Source of the DNA: Methanomicrobiales archaeon
Lineage (GTDB): Archaea > Halobacteriota > Methanomicrobia > Methanomicrobiales > Methanospirillaceae
DNA: 64,000 bases
Direction of reading: 5' to 3'
Assembly (NCBI GenBank): GCA_025350045.1
Contig: JANXYM010000075.1
Location: 1,039 to 65,038, forward strand
Below are positions 61,002 through 64,000 of this stretch, one piece after another (within the stretch, counting starts at the first letter, position 1; the number at the start of each line of letters is the position of its first letter). The notes beneath the pieces were generated by a model. It saw only the letters and a list, made by a program, of their open reading frames with translations. It ran no database searches and had not been told where the DNA came from. The position numbers and the translations under genes are program-made.

Positions 61002-62333
61002 ATGGAGCGTATTATGGGTGATAAGGATGATATTTTCAACAAACGGCAATCGATCCTGATTGCGAATGTGATGGTGGATGGAAAGGCTGCAGATATCTTT
61101 GTGAACGAAGGGGGTGCAATCGCAGCGGTAGGGGAAGGTGTCCGGGTGCAGCACAAGGGTGAAGCAGATCTGGTGATTGATGGGGATGGCGCGGTTGCCC
61201 TTCCCGGTCTTGCCAACACCCACACCCATGCGGCCATGTCACTGCTCCGCGGGTATGCGGATGACATGATCCTGCAGGACTGGCTTGGCCAGAAGATCTG
61301 GCCTCTTGAAGCCCACCTTACCGGTAACGATGTATACTGGGGGACGAAGCTGGCCTGTCTTGAGATGATAAAGACCGGCACTACCGCATTCAATGATATG
61401 TACTTCATGATGGACGAGGCAGCACGGGCCGTAGACGAGGCCGGCATCCGTGCGGTTCTCTGTTATGGGTTCATCGATCTCTTTAATCCTGAAAAACGGG
61501 AGAGTGAGTGCAAGGCCACCGAGAAGCTTGCCGCACAGATCCGTGTGATGAACAATCCGCGCATCAGGGCAGCAGCCGGACCCCATGCGATCTACACGGT
61601 CTCACCCGAAGGCCTGAAGTGGTGCGCAGAGTTTGCCAAAGAGCAGAAGATTGGTATCCACATCCACCTGTCCGAGACGGAAAATGAGGTCACTGACTGT
61701 ATTGCCCAGCACGGCAAGCGCCCGGCTGCACTGCTGGACGAATGCAGTATCCTGACCCAAAAAACCATCGCCGCCCACTGCTGCTGGCTTGAGGATGAAG
61801 AGTGCGCCCTGCTCGGGAAACGTGGTGTATCTGTTTCCCATAACCCGGCGAGTAACATGAAGCTTGCCACCAACCGGGCCATGCCCACCCGCCAGCTGAT
61901 GGCTGCCGGGGCGAATGTCTGCCTCGGCACCGATGGCTGCGCCAGCAACAACAACCTCGATATGTTCGAGGAGATGAAGACTGCCGCCCTTCTCCAGAAA
62001 TTTTTCTGGAACGATCCGACCGTACTCCCGGCACCGGTGGCACTTGCTATGGCAACCGCCAATGGTGCAAAGGCACTGGGCTTTGGCACCGGGACGCTCG
62101 CTATTGGCTCTCCGGCAGATATCGTGCTCGTTTCTGCCCGCACTTCCTGCAATACTCCGTTGCATAATGTTACATCCAACCTTGTGTACTCTTGCAGCGG
62201 GGCAGCGGTTGAGACCACCATCTGCGATGGCAGGGTGCTGATGCTGAACCGTGAGATCCCGGGCGAAGAAGAGATTCTTGCCGGTGCAGCAAAGGCAGCC
62301 CACGAGCTTGTCAACCGCTCACAATCCGCATAA
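61002..62333 (+). CDS. mtaD: 5-methylthioadenosine/S-adenosylhomocysteine (5'-deoxyadenosine) deaminase
   Basis: 'NTHTHAAM', 'HIHLSET', 'HNPASNMKLA', 'GTDGCASNN'. Confidence 0.88.
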   Translation: MERIMGDKDDIFNKRQSILIANVMVDGKAADIFVNEGGAIAAVGEGVRVQHKGEADLVIDGDGAVALPGLANTHTHAAMSLLRGYADDMILQDWLGQKIWPLEAHLTGNDVYWGTKLACLEMIKTGTTAFNDMYFMMDEAARAVDEAGIRAVLCYGFIDLFNPEKRESECKATEKLAAQIRVMNNPRIRAAAGPHAIYTVSPEGLKWCAEFAKEQKIGIHIHLSETENEVTDCIAQHGKRPAALLDECSILTQKTIAAHCCWLEDEECALLGKRGVSVSHNPASNMKLATNRAMPTRQLMAAGANVCLGTDGCASNNNLDMFEEMKTAALLQKFFWNDPTVLPAPVALAMATANGAKALGFGTGTLAIGSPADIVLVSARTSCNTPLHNVTSNLVYSCSGAAVETTICDGRVLMLNREIPGEEEILAGAAKAAHELVNRSQSA

Positions 62334-62334
62334 T

Positions 62335-63732
62335 ATGAATAAGAATCCACTAATAACCGGTCTGCACCGTGCGGTTGCAGCCCTTAGCATCATTTTTCTC
62401 CTGCTGTCGTGTATTGCCGTCACGGGCTGCCTTGGCGATCTCGGCATTCCGGGTTTCGATCTGAAGGGTCCTTCCCAGCAAGCGGAGAACGAGGGCAAAC
62501 TCTCCGCATATTTCCTCGATGTCGGCCAAGGTGACTCATCGCTCATCATCTTTGGGGATAAGACGATCCTGATCGATGCCGGTGAGATTGATATGGGTGA
62601 TCGCGTAGTTAACGATCTCAAAGCGCTTGGTGTTACCCGGATTGATCTGCTCGTTGCCACCCATCCTCATTCCGATCATATCGGCGGCATGCAGAAGGTG
62701 CTGGAAACTTTCCCGGTTGGGCAGGTGCTTGATTCCGGTATTCCTCATTCATCGGTGCTCTATGAGCGGTTCTTGGAAACGATCGATAAGAAAAATATCC
62801 CCTACGAAGTAGCGGTTCAGGGAGACACGATCGATCTTGACCCTGCGTTGCGGATTGTTGTTCTCTCCCCGCCCGAGCAAAGGTTTGGCGACGACCTGAA
62901 TACCAATTCCATTGTACTGCGCATATCCTATGGAACGATCAACTTCCTGTTCACGGGAGATGCCGGCGGTGAAGCTGAGACTGCGCTGGTGAAGTCCGGG
63001 TACGCTCTCGATGCCCAGATCCTCAAAGTCGGGCATCACGGCAGCCTGCACTCGAGTTCCCCTGCATTCATTGCACGGGCGCATCCGGAGACAGCGATCA
63101 TCTCACTGGGCCAGAATAATCCGTACGGCCATCCGCACCAACAGGCAGTTGATTCCCTTACCGGTGCCGGTGCTACCATCTACCGGACGGATCGTGACGG
63201 GACGATCCTGGTGAAGAGCGACGGTACTTCCTATGCGGTAAAGACCGAAAAGGGACCCGGGGGTCCGGCCCCGGGTGCTACACCCAAGCCTCAGGTTACT
63301 GGCTCCCCCACCGTAATCGTGCCCCCGTTGCCAACTCTCCCGGCGGTTGTCAACATCTCTGTTCCCCGGCCATCGATTGCTGTTCCCCAGATAGGCAATG
63401 CAACTGCTGTAGTGATCAGCGCCACACAGTTCAATGCTCCGGGAGATGACCGGCAGAATGTGAATGGCGAATGGGTCCAGCTGGCCAACCATGGAGATGA
63501 TACCGTACTCCTCGCAGGCTGGACCCTCTCTGACAACAGCAGGAGTACCCTGTATACCTTCCCGGCAATGTTCCTTGTGCCCGGTGAAACAGTCACGATC
63601 TTTTCAGGCTCGGGGATGCTGAACAACACCGCACTTTTCATGGGTAAAATGGAGCCTGTCTGGGGCAACAGTGGTGACATCGCAATTTTAAAAGACGGAA
63701 ACGGAAGGATCATTGACCAGAAATCAGAGTGA
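62335..63732 (+). CDS. ComEC/Rec2-like MBL-fold hydrolase lipoprotein with C-terminal lamin-tail domain
   Basis: Lipobox 'VTGC', 'DVGQGD', 'THPHSDHIGG', 'KVGHHGS', 'YRTD', Pro-rich linker, LTD 'EWVQLAN...GWTLSD'. Confidence 0.88.
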   Translation: MNKNPLITGLHRAVAALSIIFLLLSCIAVTGCLGDLGIPGFDLKGPSQQAENEGKLSAYFLDVGQGDSSLIIFGDKTILIDAGEIDMGDRVVNDLKALGVTRIDLLVATHPHSDHIGGMQKVLETFPVGQVLDSGIPHSSVLYERFLETIDKKNIPYEVAVQGDTIDLDPALRIVVLSPPEQRFGDDLNTNSIVLRISYGTINFLFTGDAGGEAETALVKSGYALDAQILKVGHHGSLHSSSPAFIARAHPETAIISLGQNNPYGHPHQQAVDSLTGAGATIYRTDRDGTILVKSDGTSYAVKTEKGPGGPAPGATPKPQVTGSPTVIVPPLPTLPAVVNISVPRPSIAVPQIGNATAVVISATQFNAPGDDRQNVNGEWVQLANHGDDTVLLAGWTLSDNSRSTLYTFPAMFLVPGETVTIFSGSGMLNNTALFMGKMEPVWGNSGDIAILKDGNGRIIDQKSE

Positions 63733-63738
63733 AATGAG

Positions 63739-63948
63739 ATGAAAGCGATCATTGACCGTATCGAAGAGGGCATTGCAGTGCTGATCAGCGCTGAAGAAGT
63801 GCCTACAAGCATGACCGTGCCGGCATCGCTTCTTCCGCCCGGTGCAAAGGAAGGGGATGCTGTTACTATTGGCATAGATCGCGATGACGGGACGACAGCA
63901 GCAAAGGACAAGGTCTCTTCCCTCATAGAAAAACTAAAAAATAAATGA
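63739..63948 (+). CDS. DUF3006 family protein
   Basis: 'IIDRIEEGIAVL', 'LPPGAKEGD'. Confidence 0.88.
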   Translation: MKAIIDRIEEGIAVLISAEEVPTSMTVPASLLPPGAKEGDAVTIGIDRDDGTTAAKDKVSSLIEKLKNK

Positions 63949-64000
63949 ACCGAATATCAACGCGTTCTTGTCTCTAATTGTTTTTTGTAACTATTCAGCC

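Noticed and set aside
3216-63926. Many long antisense or overlapping ORFs in the track (e.g. 3837-4832, 19923-20852, 24442-25188, 55100-55909, 61592-62350)
   Set aside because: They are shadows of well-supported genes on the opposite strand or frame and carry no family motifs.
1-64000. CRISPR arrays, transposases, integrases, rRNA, SRP or RNase P RNA, Sec/Pyl readthrough
   Set aside because: None recognised by eye. The two split genes are frameshifts, not in-frame UGA/UAG. A covariance-model scan would be needed to exclude small ncRNAs.

Overview
Archaeal methanogen chromosome segment, most likely Methanomicrobiales (Methanoregula-like). This is inferred from methanogenesis marker protein 14, tetraether synthase, CDP-archaeol synthase, archaeal DnaG and the tRNA style; no database search was run. 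Most of the window is core housekeeping: asnB-gatCAB-topA, the pyr/pur/arg/car genes, dnaG, nth, pyrH, nucleoside and NAD salvage, and three tRNAs (Leu-UAA, Pro-UGG, Ala-GGC). Accessory blocks are an oxidative-stress cluster (DPS-like, glutaredoxin, ferredoxin:disulfide reductase), a beta-carbonic anhydrase, a six-gene Hyf/Ehr membrane complex, tandem DUF47-PiT phosphate modules and a Wsp-like chemosensory cluster. The main unexplained signals are four. (1) The Ehr complex has a large subunit lacking the NiFe ligands and a small subunit that has also lost all four canonical [4Fe-4S] cysteines, so it appears cofactor-less; it lies near a divergent carbonic anhydrase. (2) An orphan 5' half of a second tRNA-Leu(UAA) sits 33 nt upstream of the intact gene. 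(3) The Wsp-like pathway has no CheR/CheB, a fused CheW-CheW and a frameshifted CheA-REC. (4) A ComEC-like/lamin-tail lipoprotein plus DUF3006 is embedded in a nucleoside-salvage operon. No CRISPR array, integrase or transposase was seen. Product calls rest on motif recognition; some start codons were trimmed from the ORF track by judgement.
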